Shown: positions 42,899 to 54,434 of the stretch, piece after piece | How positions within the stretch are numbered: the first letter of the stretch is position 1 | Layout: each line of letters begins with the position of its first letter | Notes under the pieces: model-generated | What the model saw: only the letters and a program-made list of their open reading frames with translations | The model's database searches: none | What the model was told of the DNA's origin: nothing | Translations under genes and position numbers: made by a program | DNA from: Methanocaldococcus indicus | GTDB taxonomy: Archaea; AGJL01; Methanococci; Methanococcales; Methanocaldococcaceae | NCBI RefSeq assembly: GCF_049554935.1 | Contig: NZ_CP186926.1 | Coordinates: 992,001 to 1,056,000 of the forward strand | DNA: 64,000 nt | Direction: 5' to 3'

Positions 42899-43828
42899 TT
42901 AGAATCTTCTAATATTTGGATTTATTAAATTTCTTTCAATATTCCATATTTCATTTAAAACATTAGAACTTAAATTACATCTAATAAATGGAGAGTTGCA
43001 ACTTATTGCTAAGTGTGCAATAGTTGAATTATTACCCTCAAATATTGGAGATAGTCCTTTATCTGATATGTAGTTTGAGTAATAGCATAAATCTGTTAAG
43101 CTGCCAATATCATAAGGATTTACTTTAACAAAATCTACATCCTCATACACTTCATTTGTACAAATAAACCCATCAAAATCTAATGTTTCATCAACTTCTA
43201 AATAATCTACTAATGATAAGTCCTTATCTTTTAAAATATCTTTCTTACCACTTATTCCTAAAAGAACATCTAAATCTTCATCCTCTTTTAGTTCATCAAT
43301 ATACTCTCTAATTTTTGGTAGTTCTTCAAAAACATCATTACATCTATATGCTCCATCTAAGCATAAATCTCCATAATCTTTTAATTTATTTATAATCTTT
43401 TGATAAAACTCTATAATTTCCTCAACTGATTCAGCGTTTATAATTGGAAATATTTCAATATTATTTTTGTCTTTTAAAATAGCTGATGCAACAGTTGGTA
43501 AGTCAATGGTTATGGCTCCTCCTAAGAATTTGTAAAAAGGTATATCCAAAGCATTTGCAGCAGCTCTTCCTATACTAATAGAGACTCCCATACAAACACT
43601 TGGAGAAAGATTTAAGCTTGATACAACAGAATCAATAAACTCAATATCTAATGGTGAGTAACCAATAACCTCAGGAGATACTATATTTTCAATCTCAGAG
43701 ATGACATCAGAGTTAGCAGATATAACATCATATCCAATAGATATGTTTGTTATAGTTGTAATCATTATTTTTTTTTCAAGATTTTTAAAAATCTCTTTTG
43801 CAGAGATTCTCTCAATAACAATACTCAA
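42899..43828 (-). CDS. enolase-like protein (divergent, shortened paralog)
   Basis: Enolase N-terminal fold signature (AKEIF, GVSISIGRAAA..PFYKFLGG) but canonical catalytic motifs not visible. Confidence 0.7.
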   Translation of the reverse strand: MSIVIERISAKEIFKNLEKKIMITTITNISIGYDVISANSDVISEIENIVSPEVIGYSPLDIEFIDSVVSSLNLSPSVCMGVSISIGRAAANALDIPFYKFLGGAITIDLPTVASAILKDKNNIEIFPIINAESVEEIIEFYQKIINKLKDYGDLCLDGAYRCNDVFEELPKIREYIDELKEDEDLDVLLGISGKKDILKDKDLSLVDYLEVDETLDFDGFICTNEVYEDVDFVKVNPYDIGSLTDLCYYSNYISDKGLSPIFEGNNSTIAHLAISCNSPFIRCNLSSNVLNEIWNIERNLINPNIRRF

Positions 43829-43830
43829 AA

Positions 43831-44010
43831 TTATCCCTCTATTTTTCTTCTTCTAATAGGTTTTAATGGTGCTTTTTTTTCTTCCAATTCTTTAAAAGCT
43901 ATTTTTAAAGCACTATCTTTAACATCTACTAAGGCATAAGCTCCTTCTGATATTTGTAGGCTTCTTGCTCCTAATATTCTTGCTACCTCAAATTTTGTTA
44001 ATTTTTCCAT
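43831..44010 (-). CDS. rpoK: RNA polymerase subunit K (Rpo6)
   Basis: MEKLTKFEVARILGARSLQISEGA...IAFKELEEKKAPLKPIR; 59 aa, below ORF-track cut-off. Confidence 0.93.
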   Translation of the reverse strand: MEKLTKFEVARILGARSLQISEGAYALVDVKDSALKIAFKELEEKKAPLKPIRRRKIEG

Positions 44011-44045
44011 AAATTTCCCTCACATAAATTATTAAATATTTTAAA

Positions 44046-44122
44046 TGGTGGGGCCGCCGGGACTTGAACCCGGGTCGCACGCCCCCCAAGCGCACAGGAT
44101 AACCAGGCTACCCCACGGCCCC
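44046..44122 (-). tRNA. tRNA-Pro(GGG), CCA encoded
   Basis: GGGGCCG acceptor stem, TT-GGG-GG anticodon loop, GTTCAAGTC T-loop, ACCA end. Confidence 0.96.
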
Positions 44123-44343
44123 TATAAGAATGTTTCATCATGAGCTATTAATTCATCAATAATCTCTTTACCATCTTTACTAATTCTATAAGATATAAAC
44201 ATTCTTCTACAACAATACTTTTTAATTCCTAAATCATCTAAAATATCTTTTGGATTTTCTCCATTTAATAATCTTCTTTTATATTCTTCAAAAACCTCAG
44301 AGATAACATTTCCACAAGAAAAGCATCTAATTGGGAACATCAT
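44122..44343 (-). CDS. rpoN: RNA polymerase subunit N (Rpo10)
   Basis: PIRCFSCG, YCCRRM. Confidence 0.97.
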   Translation of the reverse strand: MMFPIRCFSCGNVISEVFEEYKRRLLNGENPKDILDDLGIKKYCCRRMFISYRISKDGKEIIDELIAHDETFL

Positions 44344-44432
44344 ATTTAGCTCACCTTTTTTTAATTATTACTTAACTCCAAATAATTATATATAGTTAAA
44401 AAAGAAATAATAATTCAGTAAAATAAAATAAT

Positions 44433-44843
44433 TTATCTGTAAGATTTTTGTCTTTTTGCTCTTGGACCTTTTGTAGATCTACTTGGTTTGTGTGGTTCTG
44501 TTCTTCTTGCATCACTAACTAACAATGTTCTATCATAAGCTAAGAATTTATCTCTTAACTCTTTACTTCCTGTAAATTCAACAATTGCTTTACCTATTGC
44601 TGTTCTTGCAGCATCCATTTGTCCCATTACTCCTCCGCCTTTAACTGTAACATCTATATCAATTTGACTAATAATTTCCTCTCCAGCTAATAAAATTGGC
44701 TCCATTAACTTCATTCTTTTATATTTAGGTTCTATTAACTCAATAGGGACTTTGTTTATTCTTATTCTACCTTTTCCTTCTCTTGCCACAGCTCTTGCAA
44801 TTGCTCTTTTTCTTTTCCCAACTGTTAGAACTACCTTACTCAT
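44433..44843 (-). CDS. rps9: 30S ribosomal protein S9
   Basis: [22 protein letters not shown]. Confidence 0.97.
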   Translation of the reverse strand: MSKVVLTVGKRKRAIARAVAREGKGRIRINKVPIELIEPKYKRMKLMEPILLAGEEIISQIDIDVTVKGGGVMGQMDAARTAIGKAIVEFTGSKELRDKFLAYDRTLLVSDARRTEPHKPSRSTKGPRAKRQKSYR

Positions 44844-44857
44844 AATATAATCACCTT

Positions 44858-45298
44858 TTAGAATTTAGCTCCCAAGTGTTTGCTAACTTCTCCTAATGTA
44901 ATATATTTGTTGGTTGTTAGTTCTTTTATGTAAGGTGTGTTTTCTTTTTCTGTTCCTAAACCTTCATCTGCTTGCAAATTCAAAGGATTTCCAACATATA
45001 CCTTAACTCTTTTAAAAGCTTCTCTTCCTTTAGCTTTTTTGTAAGGTAACATTTTTCTAATTGTTCTTCTTAATATATCATCTGGTCTTCTTGGGAATTT
45101 GGGACCAAATCTTCTTGGATTAGCTACGTTTTTCTTCTCTCTTTCTTCTCTATATTTTTCTAAAATCCACTCTCTATTTCCTGTTATAATAACTTTCTCA
45201 GCATTAATAATAGTTATTTCTTCTCCTCTTAAAACTCTTTTAGCAACTTCTGAAGCTAATCTTCCTAATATTGCCTTTTCAGCATTTATAACTGTCAT
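44858..45298 (-). CDS. rpl13: 50S ribosomal protein L13
   Basis: [21 protein letters not shown]. Confidence 0.97.
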   Translation of the reverse strand: MTVINAEKAILGRLASEVAKRVLRGEEITIINAEKVIITGNREWILEKYREEREKKNVANPRRFGPKFPRRPDDILRRTIRKMLPYKKAKGREAFKRVKVYVGNPLNLQADEGLGTEKENTPYIKELTTNKYITLGEVSKHLGAKF

Positions 45299-45314
45299 AA
45301 GTGTTTCACCTTAT

Positions 45315-45680
45315 TTAACCTATTATCTTAACATTTGAACCTTTTGGATTTCTTTTTATTAACTCTTCTATTGATATAGCTTCCCCACCAGCTTCTTTAA
45401 TTAATCTTCTTGCTTTTTCTGTGAAGGCATAAGCAGCTACTACTACTTTTTTCTCTAATTTTCCAGCTCCTAAAACTTTTCCAGGAACTACAACAACATC
45501 TCCATCTTCAGTATATCTATTAATTCTACTAATATTTACTTCTATTCTTTTTCTTCTTGGTTTATCTAATTTCTCAGCTACTGCTCTCCAAATTTTTGCA
45601 TCATTTTTATGACTTTCAATTTTGAGTGTTTTAATTGTTTCTACTAATTTTGAATTTGTAGCTTTTGTTCTTATTTTCAT
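45315..45680 (-). CDS. rpl18e: 50S ribosomal protein L18e
   Basis: [21 protein letters not shown]. Confidence 0.96.
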   Translation of the reverse strand: MKIRTKATNSKLVETIKTLKIESHKNDAKIWRAVAEKLDKPRRKRIEVNISRINRYTEDGDVVVVPGKVLGAGKLEKKVVVAAYAFTEKARRLIKEAGGEAISIEELIKRNPKGSNVKIIG

Positions 45681-45691
45681 TTCATCCACCT

Positions 45692-46261
45692 TTATAGTGT
45701 TTCAATTTGGTTTAATAAATCCAAAGCTTTATTTTTTAAAATTTTTACAGCCTCTTCTAATATTTCTTCACCACTCATTTGCCCAAATGTTTCAACTAAA
45801 AACTCTACTTCATCATCAGATAGTTGTTTATATACAGCATTACATGGTTGCCATTTTGCATGAACCTTACCAATTCCTGGAATTGCTTCACACTCAATAT
45901 CAACTTTTTGCCCTTTACCTAATTTAATTATTGGAATGTTTTTAAAAGCTACTTCTCCATTCTCAGATACTAAATCTTTTGAGTATAATGTGCAAGGCCC
46001 TTCTCCTTTTAATTTAAAAATAATAACTTCTTCATCAGAAGTAGGTTTTCCCTTTATAGGGATAAGTCCTAATCTATGAGCTAAAATTTCATCATCCATA
46101 GATGAAGAATTTTCATAAATATAAACATTTTCAATAGCATAGGTAGGAACTTCAGAAATCATAATTCTTCTAATAGCATTAGAAAAAGATAGGGGAGCTT
46201 TCATCCTAAAAATAAATTGCTCCCCAATTCTTGTTTGTTTTTTTTCTTTAATTGTAAGCAA
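45692..46261 (-). CDS. rpoD: RNA polymerase subunit D (Rpo3)
   Basis: [30 protein letters not shown]. Confidence 0.96.
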   Translation of the reverse strand: MLTIKEKKQTRIGEQFIFRMKAPLSFSNAIRRIMISEVPTYAIENVYIYENSSSMDDEILAHRLGLIPIKGKPTSDEEVIIFKLKGEGPCTLYSKDLVSENGEVAFKNIPIIKLGKGQKVDIECEAIPGIGKVHAKWQPCNAVYKQLSDDEVEFLVETFGQMSGEEILEEAVKILKNKALDLLNQIETL

Positions 46262-46272
46262 ATAGCTTCACC

Positions 46273-46659
46273 TTATTTTTTGTAGGCCTTCTTTGGAGTA
46301 GTACCATCATGAGGAATTGGTGTAACATCCTCAATTCTTCCAATTCTTAAACCTGCTCTTGCTAATGCTCTAATAGCTGCCTGAGCTCCAGGACCAGGAT
46401 TTTTTTGACCACTTCCTCCTGGAGCTCTAACTTTTATATGTATGTTTGTTACTCCTCTCTCTTTTAATATTTCAGCTAATTTAAAAGCTGCCTGCATAGC
46501 TGCATAAGGAGAACCTTCATCTCTCTGATTTCTTGTAACCATTCCACCAGATATTCTGGCTATTGTTTCAGCTCCTGTTATATCTGTTGCATGAATAATT
46601 GTGTTGTTGTAGGATGAATATATATGAACAATTCCCCATTTTTCTTTTTTTTCAGCCAT
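46273..46659 (-). CDS. rps11: 30S ribosomal protein S11
   Basis: [33 protein letters not shown]. Confidence 0.98.
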   Translation of the reverse strand: MAEKKEKWGIVHIYSSYNNTIIHATDITGAETIARISGGMVTRNQRDEGSPYAAMQAAFKLAEILKERGVTNIHIKVRAPGGSGQKNPGPGAQAAIRALARAGLRIGRIEDVTPIPHDGTTPKKAYKK

Positions 46660-46671
46660 TGTTACACCTTT

Positions 46672-47217
46672 TTATTCTTGTGTTTCTTCCAATCCTATAA
46701 TTTTAGCTCTTTCAGGATGGTCATTGTTGTTAAATGGTGAGTTTTTTGCATAAGTTATTTTATCTTCTTCCTCAACTTTAACCATATAACTTGGGACAGT
46801 TACAACTCTTCCATTAACTGCTATATGCCCATGTATTATCAATTGTCTTGCTTGTCTTGGAGTTCTTGCTAATCCTTTTCTAAATACAAATGTTTGTAAT
46901 CTTCTATCTAAGATATCTTCAACAGTTAGAGATAAGACATCATCTAATGTTGGATTATCTTTAATTAATATCCCATACTTTCTTAAAACATCAAATAACT
47001 GTTTCTCTTCAATTAATGCTTGTTCTGACCTATCTCCAATTAATCTTCTTGCTTGTCTTCTATATTTTCTTAATATTGTTTCAGCTTTCCAAACTTCTCT
47101 TTTTCTTCTTAAACCATACTTTCTACATAATTCTTTTTCTCTTTCAATTCTTTCTTTAATCCATGGATGATTAGGTGTTTCATACTTCTTTTTATATCTT
47201 CTTCTTGGGTCTCCCAT
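46672..47217 (-). CDS. rps4: 30S ribosomal protein S4
   Basis: [22 protein letters not shown]. Confidence 0.97.
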   Translation of the reverse strand: MGDPRRRYKKKYETPNHPWIKERIEREKELCRKYGLRRKREVWKAETILRKYRRQARRLIGDRSEQALIEEKQLFDVLRKYGILIKDNPTLDDVLSLTVEDILDRRLQTFVFRKGLARTPRQARQLIIHGHIAVNGRVVTVPSYMVKVEEEDKITYAKNSPFNNNDHPERAKIIGLEETQE

Positions 47218-47226
47218 TTAATCACC

Positions 47227-47691
47227 TTATTTCTTTCTTCTTGATACTCCAACAGTTGGACCTCTTCTGAATGTACTTTTTGTTCTTTGTCCTCTACATG
47301 GTAATCCTAATTCGTGTCTTATACCTCTATAACATTTAATTCTCTTCAATCTGTTAATATCTTCTTGTTTAACTATCATTAAGTCAGATTCAATAACGTG
47401 TTTATCTTCTCCAGTTACATAATCTTTTCTTCTATTAAACATCCATGAAGGAATTCCAAAATTAGCTGGATTTTGTAAAACTTCTTCTATTTTTTTTACT
47501 TCTTCTTCTGTTAAATAACCAGCTAATTTGTTAGGGTCTATGTTTGTAACTCTTACAATAGCTCTTGCCATTGCTTCTCCAACACCATAAATGTCTTGGA
47601 GAGCCATTATTATCTTCTTGTTACCATCAACATCTGTTCTTGAGATTCTAAGTAAATATTTAAACTCATTGTTATTTTGAGTTTCAGCCAA
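47227..47691 (-). CDS. rps13: 30S ribosomal protein S13
   Basis: IYGVG, YRGIRHELGLPCRGQRTK. Confidence 0.97.
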   Translation of the reverse strand: MAETQNNNEFKYLLRISRTDVDGNKKIIMALQDIYGVGEAMARAIVRVTNIDPNKLAGYLTEEEVKKIEEVLQNPANFGIPSWMFNRRKDYVTGEDKHVIESDLMIVKQEDINRLKRIKCYRGIRHELGLPCRGQRTKSTFRRGPTVGVSRRKK

Positions 47692-47756
47692 GTTAATCCC
47701 TCCAGATTTACCTTATTTTAACGTGTTTGAATTAAATAATATAATAAAAAAATAAG

Positions 47757-47845
47757 TGGCGCGGAGGGGGGGATTTGAACCCCCGCGGGGCAAAGCCCCA
47801 TGGGATCTCCAGTCCCACGCCGTAGCCGGGCTTGGCTACCTCCGC
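47757..47845 (-). tRNA. tRNA-Ser(GGA), CCA encoded
   Basis: GCGGAGG acceptor, TGGGA-CT-GGA-GA-TCCCA anticodon arm, long variable arm, GTTCAAATC. Confidence 0.96.
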
Positions 47846-47923
47846 ACTCTAAAAACAAAAAATAATAAAATAACTAATCTATATAAATTACTTTCGGTTT
47901 AATTTATTAAAATATTTGAAAAT

Positions 47924-48268
47924 TTATTGAGCAGATGGTTGCATAATACTTTGTAATTTTTCTTGGAACTCTTTTAATTTTTCTTTTAATTTTTCTTCTT
48001 GTTTAGATAAGGTTTTTAGTCTTAATTCTAATGTTTCTATTTTGTCTTTTAATTCTTTAATAATTTCATCTTTTTTTCTTTTTATAAACAATCCACCAAT
48101 CAGTATATAAACATATTCATAGTCACTTTTCTCTAATTCTTCTAATGCTTTTTGACTTTCTTTTAACTCAGTTTCTACACCTTGCTTTTGCATTAAAATC
48201 ATTTGTAATTGTTGTTGTAATTGTTGGAGTTGTAATAGTTGAGCTTGAATTTGTGGAGGAACACTCAT
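47924..48268 (-). CDS. pfdB: prefoldin beta subunit
   Basis: PPQIQAQLLQLQQLQQQLQ, ALEEL..VY..IGGLFI. Confidence 0.93.
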   Translation of the reverse strand: MSVPPQIQAQLLQLQQLQQQLQMILMQKQGVETELKESQKALEELEKSDYEYVYILIGGLFIKRKKDEIIKELKDKIETLELRLKTLSKQEEKLKEKLKEFQEKLQSIMQPSAQ

Positions 48269-48358
48269 AAAATCACCATATAGTTTTTTTGTAGATAATA
48301 TAAAAACATCTTATATATATAAATTTTCATTATAAAATTTGAATTGTTAAATGATGGA

Positions 48359-49090
48359 TTAAGTAATTAATTCAGAAAATCTATTGTAACACTCTAATGC
48401 ATCTTCAATTTTACCCAACTTTTCTAATGCTACTGCTTTTCCATACCATGCTTCTGGAATAAATGGATGATGTTCAATAACATAATCAAAACATTTTATA
48501 GCTTTTTCATATTCTCCTAATTTGTTGTATATTACCCCACTAAGTAAATATAATTTTGGGTCTTTAGGATTAATTTCTTTAGCTTCTTTAATGTATTTTT
48601 TAGCTTCAGATATTTTGCCTAAAATAAAATTAATCTCTATGAGATAATTAAGAACAGTATGATGCTTTGGATTTAAATTATAAGCTTTTTTAAATTGGTT
48701 TAGAGCATCTAAATATCTCCCTAATTTAAAATAAATTTTTCCAGAAAGAATAAGAGCATCTAAATTTTTTTCATAAATATCTAAACTTTTATTAATAAAA
48801 TTTAAAGCTTCATCAAATTTTCCAAGGTCATAATAAAGCTCACCAAGTTCATAATATACAAAGGGACACTTTTTTTGTTCTTTAATAATATTATTTAACA
48901 TATTAATAGCTTTATCATACTCACCAAATTTTTTTAATAGATAGTATAATATAGCTGATACTAATAAATCACAGGAGTCTTTTTCATAAATCTCTAATAA
49001 CATTTCTTTTGCTTTTTCTACTTCACCATTTCTTAAATATTCCAAAGCTTTAAATAACATATTGTAAATAACTAATTTCTTATCCGACAT
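48359..49090 (-). CDS. tetratricopeptide repeat protein
   Basis: Multiple TPR units (LGELYYDLGKFDEA, AWYGKAVALEKLG). Confidence 0.9.
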   Translation of the reverse strand: MSDKKLVIYNMLFKALEYLRNGEVEKAKEMLLEIYEKDSCDLLVSAILYYLLKKFGEYDKAINMLNNIIKEQKKCPFVYYELGELYYDLGKFDEALNFINKSLDIYEKNLDALILSGKIYFKLGRYLDALNQFKKAYNLNPKHHTVLNYLIEINFILGKISEAKKYIKEAKEINPKDPKLYLLSGVIYNKLGEYEKAIKCFDYVIEHHPFIPEAWYGKAVALEKLGKIEDALECYNRFSELIT

Positions 49091-49154
49091 AGTTCCACAC
49101 AAGGAGTTTTATTTTTGCTTTTCTAACCTATATGTCTTTTGACCATATAAATAA

Positions 49155-49793
<639 letters not shown>

Positions 49794-49818
49794 ATTTTAT
49801 AAATGAGAGTGAATATAA

Positions 49819-50880
49819 ATGATTACAATAGTATTAGGGACAAGACCAGAAATAATTAAACTTTCCCCTATAATTAGAGAATTGATGGACAAAGAAATTG
49901 ATTTTAGGATTATTCACACAAACCAACATTATTCAAAAAATATGGACAAAATTTTTTTTGAAGAGTTGAATTTACCAAAACCAGATTATAATTTAAATGT
50001 AGGCTCAGGAACACATGGAGAACAGACAGGAAAGATGATAATGAATATAGAAAAAGTTCTATTAAAAGAAAAACCAAACATAGTTATAGTTCAGGGAGAT
50101 ACAAATACAACACTTGCAGGGGCATTAGCAGCTTCAAAATTAAAAATAAAAGTGGCTCATGTTGAAGCAGGATTAAGAAGTTTTGATAGAAATATGCCTG
50201 AAGAAATAAATAGGGTTTTAACTGACCATATAAGTGACTATCTATTTGCTCCAACAGAAATAGCTAAAAATAACTTAATAAATGAAGGAATTAATGAAAA
50301 TAAGATATTTGTTGTAGGTAATACTATTGTTGATGCAACTTTACAAAATTTAACTATTGCTGAAGAAAAATATAAAATTGAGGATAAAGATTATTTCCTA
50401 TTAACTTTACATAGAGCTGAAAATGTAGATAACAAAAAAAGATTGCAAAATATTATAAATGGAATTAATGAAGTTATAGAAATATACAACAAAGAAATAA
50501 TTTTTCCAGTACATCCCAGAACTTTAAAAAGATTAAAAGAATTTAATTTATTAGATAAACTAAATAAGAATATTAACATTATTGACCCAATAGGTTATTT
50601 AAAATTTTTATTGTTAGAGAAGTATGCAAAATTAATTTTAACTGATAGTGGAGGAGTGCAAGAAGAAGCTTGTATTTTAAAAGTTCCATGTATAACTTTG
50701 AGAGACAATACCGAAAGACCTGAAACTGTTGAAGTTGGGGCTAATATGTTAGTTGGAGATAGTAAAGAAAAACTAATTAATTCAATTAATATAATGCTTA
50801 AAAAAGAAAAAAATTGGAAAAATCCTTTTGGTGATGGAAAATCTGCTAAAAAAATAATTAAAATATTATTAAGGTGTTAA
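49819..50880 (+). CDS. wecB: UDP-N-acetylglucosamine 2-epimerase (non-hydrolysing)
   Basis: GTRPEIIK, QGDT, HVEAGLRS, TDSGGVQEEA, TERPE. Confidence 0.95.
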   Translation: MITIVLGTRPEIIKLSPIIRELMDKEIDFRIIHTNQHYSKNMDKIFFEELNLPKPDYNLNVGSGTHGEQTGKMIMNIEKVLLKEKPNIVIVQGDTNTTLAGALAASKLKIKVAHVEAGLRSFDRNMPEEINRVLTDHISDYLFAPTEIAKNNLINEGINENKIFVVGNTIVDATLQNLTIAEEKYKIEDKDYFLLTLHRAENVDNKKRLQNIINGINEVIEIYNKEIIFPVHPRTLKRLKEFNLLDKLNKNINIIDPIGYLKFLLLEKYAKLILTDSGGVQEEACILKVPCITLRDNTERPETVEVGANMLVGDSKEKLINSINIMLKKEKNWKNPFGDGKSAKKIIKILLRC

Positions 50881-50883
50881 TTT

Positions 50884-51123
50884 ATGTGCTTAGCTGTCCC
50901 ATGTAAAGTAATTGAAATAATAGAGGAGAACAATGAGAGATATGCAATAGCTGAGTATAGAGGAGTAAAACAAAAAGCAAAATTAACACTGTTGGATGAT
51001 GTGAAAGTTGGAGACTATATCCTTATACATGCAGGTTATGCAATAGAAAAAATGAGTGAAGAAGATGCAAAATTAAGTTTAGAAGCTTGGAATGAACTAT
51101 ATAAAGCTTTAGAAGAAGAATAA
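50884..51123 (+). CDS. hypC: hydrogenase maturation chaperone HypC
   Basis: [18 protein letters not shown]. Confidence 0.96.
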   Translation: MCLAVPCKVIEIIEENNERYAIAEYRGVKQKAKLTLLDDVKVGDYILIHAGYAIEKMSEEDAKLSLEAWNELYKALEEE

Positions 51124-51164
51124 AAATAAAAAAATCAAGTCTTTTTTAACCAAACTATTTTAAT

Positions 51165-51353
51165 TTATTCTGGTTCAACTTTTACAGCTTTTGTTGGACA
51201 AACATCTTCACAAACTCCACAAAAAGTACATTCTTCTTCTCTTGCTACAACTACTTTATCTCCTTGAATTTCAAAAACTTCCATAGGACAGTTATTTACA
51301 CATTCTGCACAATCTGGACCTCTACATAAGTCATAGTTTATCTTTACAGCCAT
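51165..51353 (-). CDS. 2[4Fe-4S] ferredoxin
   Basis: CRGPDCAECVNNCP and CTFCGVCEDVCP. Confidence 0.92.
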   Translation of the reverse strand: MAVKINYDLCRGPDCAECVNNCPMEVFEIQGDKVVVAREEECTFCGVCEDVCPTKAVKVEPE

Positions 51354-51565
51354 TATTATCACCTCATATTAAAAATTTAATATTAACTATATTACCAAAG
51401 TCATTTTATATATTTTTCTAACTTATAAAAATTAAGCATTTCGTTAATGAACTTAGTTTTACAATCACCACAAAATTTATATACCTCCTTATAAATTATT
51501 AAATCTAACATCTAACACACAAAATGTGTAATCAAATTCATAAAAAATATATTAGGTGAGTAAAT

Positions 51566-52852
51566 ATGGCAAAGCAAAAACCAGTATTAAACGTAGCATT
51601 TATAGGACACGTCGATGCTGGGAAATCTACAACAGTAGGAAGATTATTATACGACAGTGGAGCTATTGACCCACAGTTATTAGAAAAATTAAAAAGAGAA
51701 GCACAAGAAAGAGGTAAAGCAGGATTCGAATTTGCTTATGTTATGGACAACTTAAAAGAAGAAAGAGAAAGAGGAGTTACAATAGATGTAGCTCACAAAA
51801 AATTCGAAACCAAAAAATATGAGGTTACTATCGTAGATTGTCCAGGACACAGAGATTTCATTAAAAACATGATTACAGGGGCATCACAAGCAGATGCTGC
51901 TATATTAGTTGTTGATGTAAATGATGCTAAAACAGGAATTCAACCACAAACAAGAGAACACATGTTCTTAGCAAGAACATTAGGTATCAAACAAATAGCT
52001 GTCTGTATTAACAAAATGGATACTGTCAATTACAGCCAAGAAGAATACGAAAAAATGAAAAAAATGTTATCTGAACAGTTATTAAAAGTTTTAGGATACA
52101 ACCCAGACCAAATTGACTTTATTCCAACTGCATCATTAAAAGGAGACAACGTTGTTAAAAGATCCGAAAATATGCCATGGTACAAAGGACCAACATTAGT
52201 AGAAGCAATTGACAAATTCCAACCACCAGAAAAACCAGTTAATTTACCATTAAGAATACCAATTCAAGATGTATATTCCATTACTGGAGTTGGTACTGTC
52301 CCAGTTGGTAGAGTAGAAACAGGTATTTTAAGACCTGGAGACAAAGTTGTCTTTGAACCAGCTGGTGTAAGTGGAGAAGTTAAATCTATTGAAATGCACC
52401 ACGAACAAATCCCACAAGCAGAACCTGGAGACAACATAGGATTTAACGTTAGAGGAGTTAGTAAGAAAGATATAAAAAGAGGAGACGTTTGTGGTCACCC
52501 AGACAATCCACCAACAGTTGCAGATGAATTTACAGCACAATTAGTTGTCTTACAACACCCAACTGCTATAACAGTTGGTTACACACCGGTCTTCCACGCA
52601 CACACAGCACAAGTTGCTTGTACATTTATTGAATTATTAAAGAAATTAGACCCAAGAACAGGGCAAGTTATTGAAGAAAATCCACAATTCTTAAAAACTG
52701 GAGATGCTGCAATAGTTAGAATAAAACCAACAAAACCAATGGTTATTGAAAACGTTAGAGAAATACCACAATTAGGAAGATTCGCTGTTAGAGATATGGG
52801 TATGACAATTGCTGCTGGAATGGCAATAGATGTCAAACCTAAAAACAAATAA
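51566..52852 (+). CDS. tuf: translation elongation factor EF-1 alpha
   Basis: [29 protein letters not shown]. Confidence 0.98.
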   Translation: MAKQKPVLNVAFIGHVDAGKSTTVGRLLYDSGAIDPQLLEKLKREAQERGKAGFEFAYVMDNLKEERERGVTIDVAHKKFETKKYEVTIVDCPGHRDFIKNMITGASQADAAILVVDVNDAKTGIQPQTREHMFLARTLGIKQIAVCINKMDTVNYSQEEYEKMKKMLSEQLLKVLGYNPDQIDFIPTASLKGDNVVKRSENMPWYKGPTLVEAIDKFQPPEKPVNLPLRIPIQDVYSITGVGTVPVGRVETGILRPGDKVVFEPAGVSGEVKSIEMHHEQIPQAEPGDNIGFNVRGVSKKDIKRGDVCGHPDNPPTVADEFTAQLVVLQHPTAITVGYTPVFHAHTAQVACTFIELLKKLDPRTGQVIEENPQFLKTGDAAIVRIKPTKPMVIENVREIPQLGRFAVRDMGMTIAAGMAIDVKPKNK

Positions 52853-52918
52853 ATTCTTTTAATTTTTTTATTTTTTAATTTTCAAGATTAATATATTAAA
52901 ATAAATTATGGTGATAGG

Positions 52919-53221
52919 ATGAGAAAAGCAAAAATAAAATTGACAAGTACAGACCATGTTATATTAGATGAAGTTTGTAGGCAAATAAAGGAAATAGCAG
53001 AGAAGACAGGAGTTGATATCTCTGGACCTATCCCATTACCAACAAAAAAATTAAAAGTTACTGTTAGAAGAAGTCCAGATGGAGAAGGTTCATCAACATT
53101 TGATAGATACACATTAACAATTCATAAAAGATTAATATATATAGATGCAGATGATAGAGCTTTAAGACACATAACAAGAATTAGAATTCCAGATGGAGTA
53201 CAAATAGAGATACAAATCTAA
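52919..53221 (+). CDS. rps10: 30S ribosomal protein S10
   Basis: [21 protein letters not shown]. Confidence 0.97.
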   Translation: MRKAKIKLTSTDHVILDEVCRQIKEIAEKTGVDISGPIPLPTKKLKVTVRRSPDGEGSSTFDRYTLTIHKRLIYIDADDRALRHITRIRIPDGVQIEIQI

Positions 53222-53253
53222 TTTTAAAATCTAAATAATCATAAGCAAAAAAA

Positions 53254-53284
53254 GGTAGTAATCTGAATAATGAGGATTACTACC
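53254..53284. other. perfect 10-bp hairpin between convergent genes (terminator or K-loop RNA element)
   Basis: GGTAGTAATC-TGAATAATGAG-GATTACTACC. Confidence 0.55.
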
Positions 53285-53368
53285 AAAAAATTCTTTTTTA
53301 TTTTTGTATAATTAATTTTTAATAGATTTTCTAGTTCAAAAAAATTTAAAAAAAGAAAAAAATTTTAT

Positions 53369-53797
53369 TTATTTAAAGTATCTGTCTAATAATCCTTTTA
53401 ATATTCTTGCATGTCTTGCTTCATCTCTACTTGATTCATCAAAGTAGTCATGAGCTGGGTCTATATCTAACTCTTTTGCTTTTTTAGCAGCTTCTTTTTT
53501 CTCTTTGTTTGCCATACATTCTCCTTTTAACATCATTTCTAAGTTTTCTTTTAAGTTATCTGAAATAACTCCATTCATTTCAGCAAAGTGAGCTGCATGT
53601 TCAGCTTCTTCCATAGCTATTTTTCTTAAAGCAGCTGCAACTTCTGGTAATCCTTCTCTTTCAGCTTGTCTTGCCATAGCTAAGTACATTCCAACTTCTT
53701 TGCATTCTCCTTCAAAGTTTGCTTGAACAACTTTCTCTAATTCAGTTCCTTTTGTAACTCCTATTTTGTGCTCATTTATTAAGTCTAATTTTTCCAT
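53369..53797 (-). CDS. rubrerythrin/ferritin-like diiron protein
   Basis: FEGE..Y, EEAEHA, KGE, DEARH diiron ligands. Confidence 0.9.
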   Translation of the reverse strand: MEKLDLINEHKIGVTKGTELEKVVQANFEGECKEVGMYLAMARQAEREGLPEVAAALRKIAMEEAEHAAHFAEMNGVISDNLKENLEMMLKGECMANKEKKEAAKKAKELDIDPAHDYFDESSRDEARHARILKGLLDRYFK

Positions 53798-53902
53798 TTT
53801 CTCACCTAATAATCTTTTTTTCTGTTTAATTATTTATTTAGAATTAGTATTTATAATTTACTGTCCTAATTTTGGACTAAAAACTGCTAAAATAGTTTGA
53901 AA

Positions 53903-54337
53903 TTAGTCAAAAGACATAGGAGAGTCATTAATTGTAATATTTTTTTCTTTAAACCATTCTGCATATTTTTTATCAGCTTTTTGTATGTGCATAATTAGCC
54001 AACCAATTAAAAAAGAAACAACATATCTTAAATTGACTTCATTTTCATCTATTTTTTTTAGTTCATTCTGGACAATTACTTTAACAAAGGTATCATGTAT
54101 CTTCTTATGTCTTTCATATTCAGGATAATTATATTTTTTCATTATTTCTTCTTCATGTTTAAAGTGTTTTTTAGTGTATTCTACAACTCTAATCTTTAAA
54201 AGTTCTTTAGCTTCTTCTTTTTTACCTTCTTTTAATAGTTCAAAAATTCTATTAAGTGTTTCAACTAAAAATTTATGCTCTTCATCAAAAGCTCTAATGC
54301 CACATTCAAAGTCCTCACTCCATTTTATTATTTCCAT
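53903..54337 (-). CDS. bacteriohemerythrin
   Basis: W..F..G..DEEH, HFKHEE, HKKIH, W..HI..D. Confidence 0.92.
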   Translation of the reverse strand: MEIIKWSEDFECGIRAFDEEHKFLVETLNRIFELLKEGKKEEAKELLKIRVVEYTKKHFKHEEEIMKKYNYPEYERHKKIHDTFVKVIVQNELKKIDENEVNLRYVVSFLIGWLIMHIQKADKKYAEWFKEKNITINDSPMSFD

Positions 54338-54434
54338 AATTTATCACCAAAAAATAAAAATATAAAATTTAATAATTTTGAAATTATATAAAAATTTATA
54401 TTTAAATTTTGTTATAAATTAAAATAAAGAAAAA

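Noticed and set aside
48200-48260. CAA/TTA-rich repeat-like tract
   Set aside because: Normal Gln-rich coiled coil of prefoldin beta
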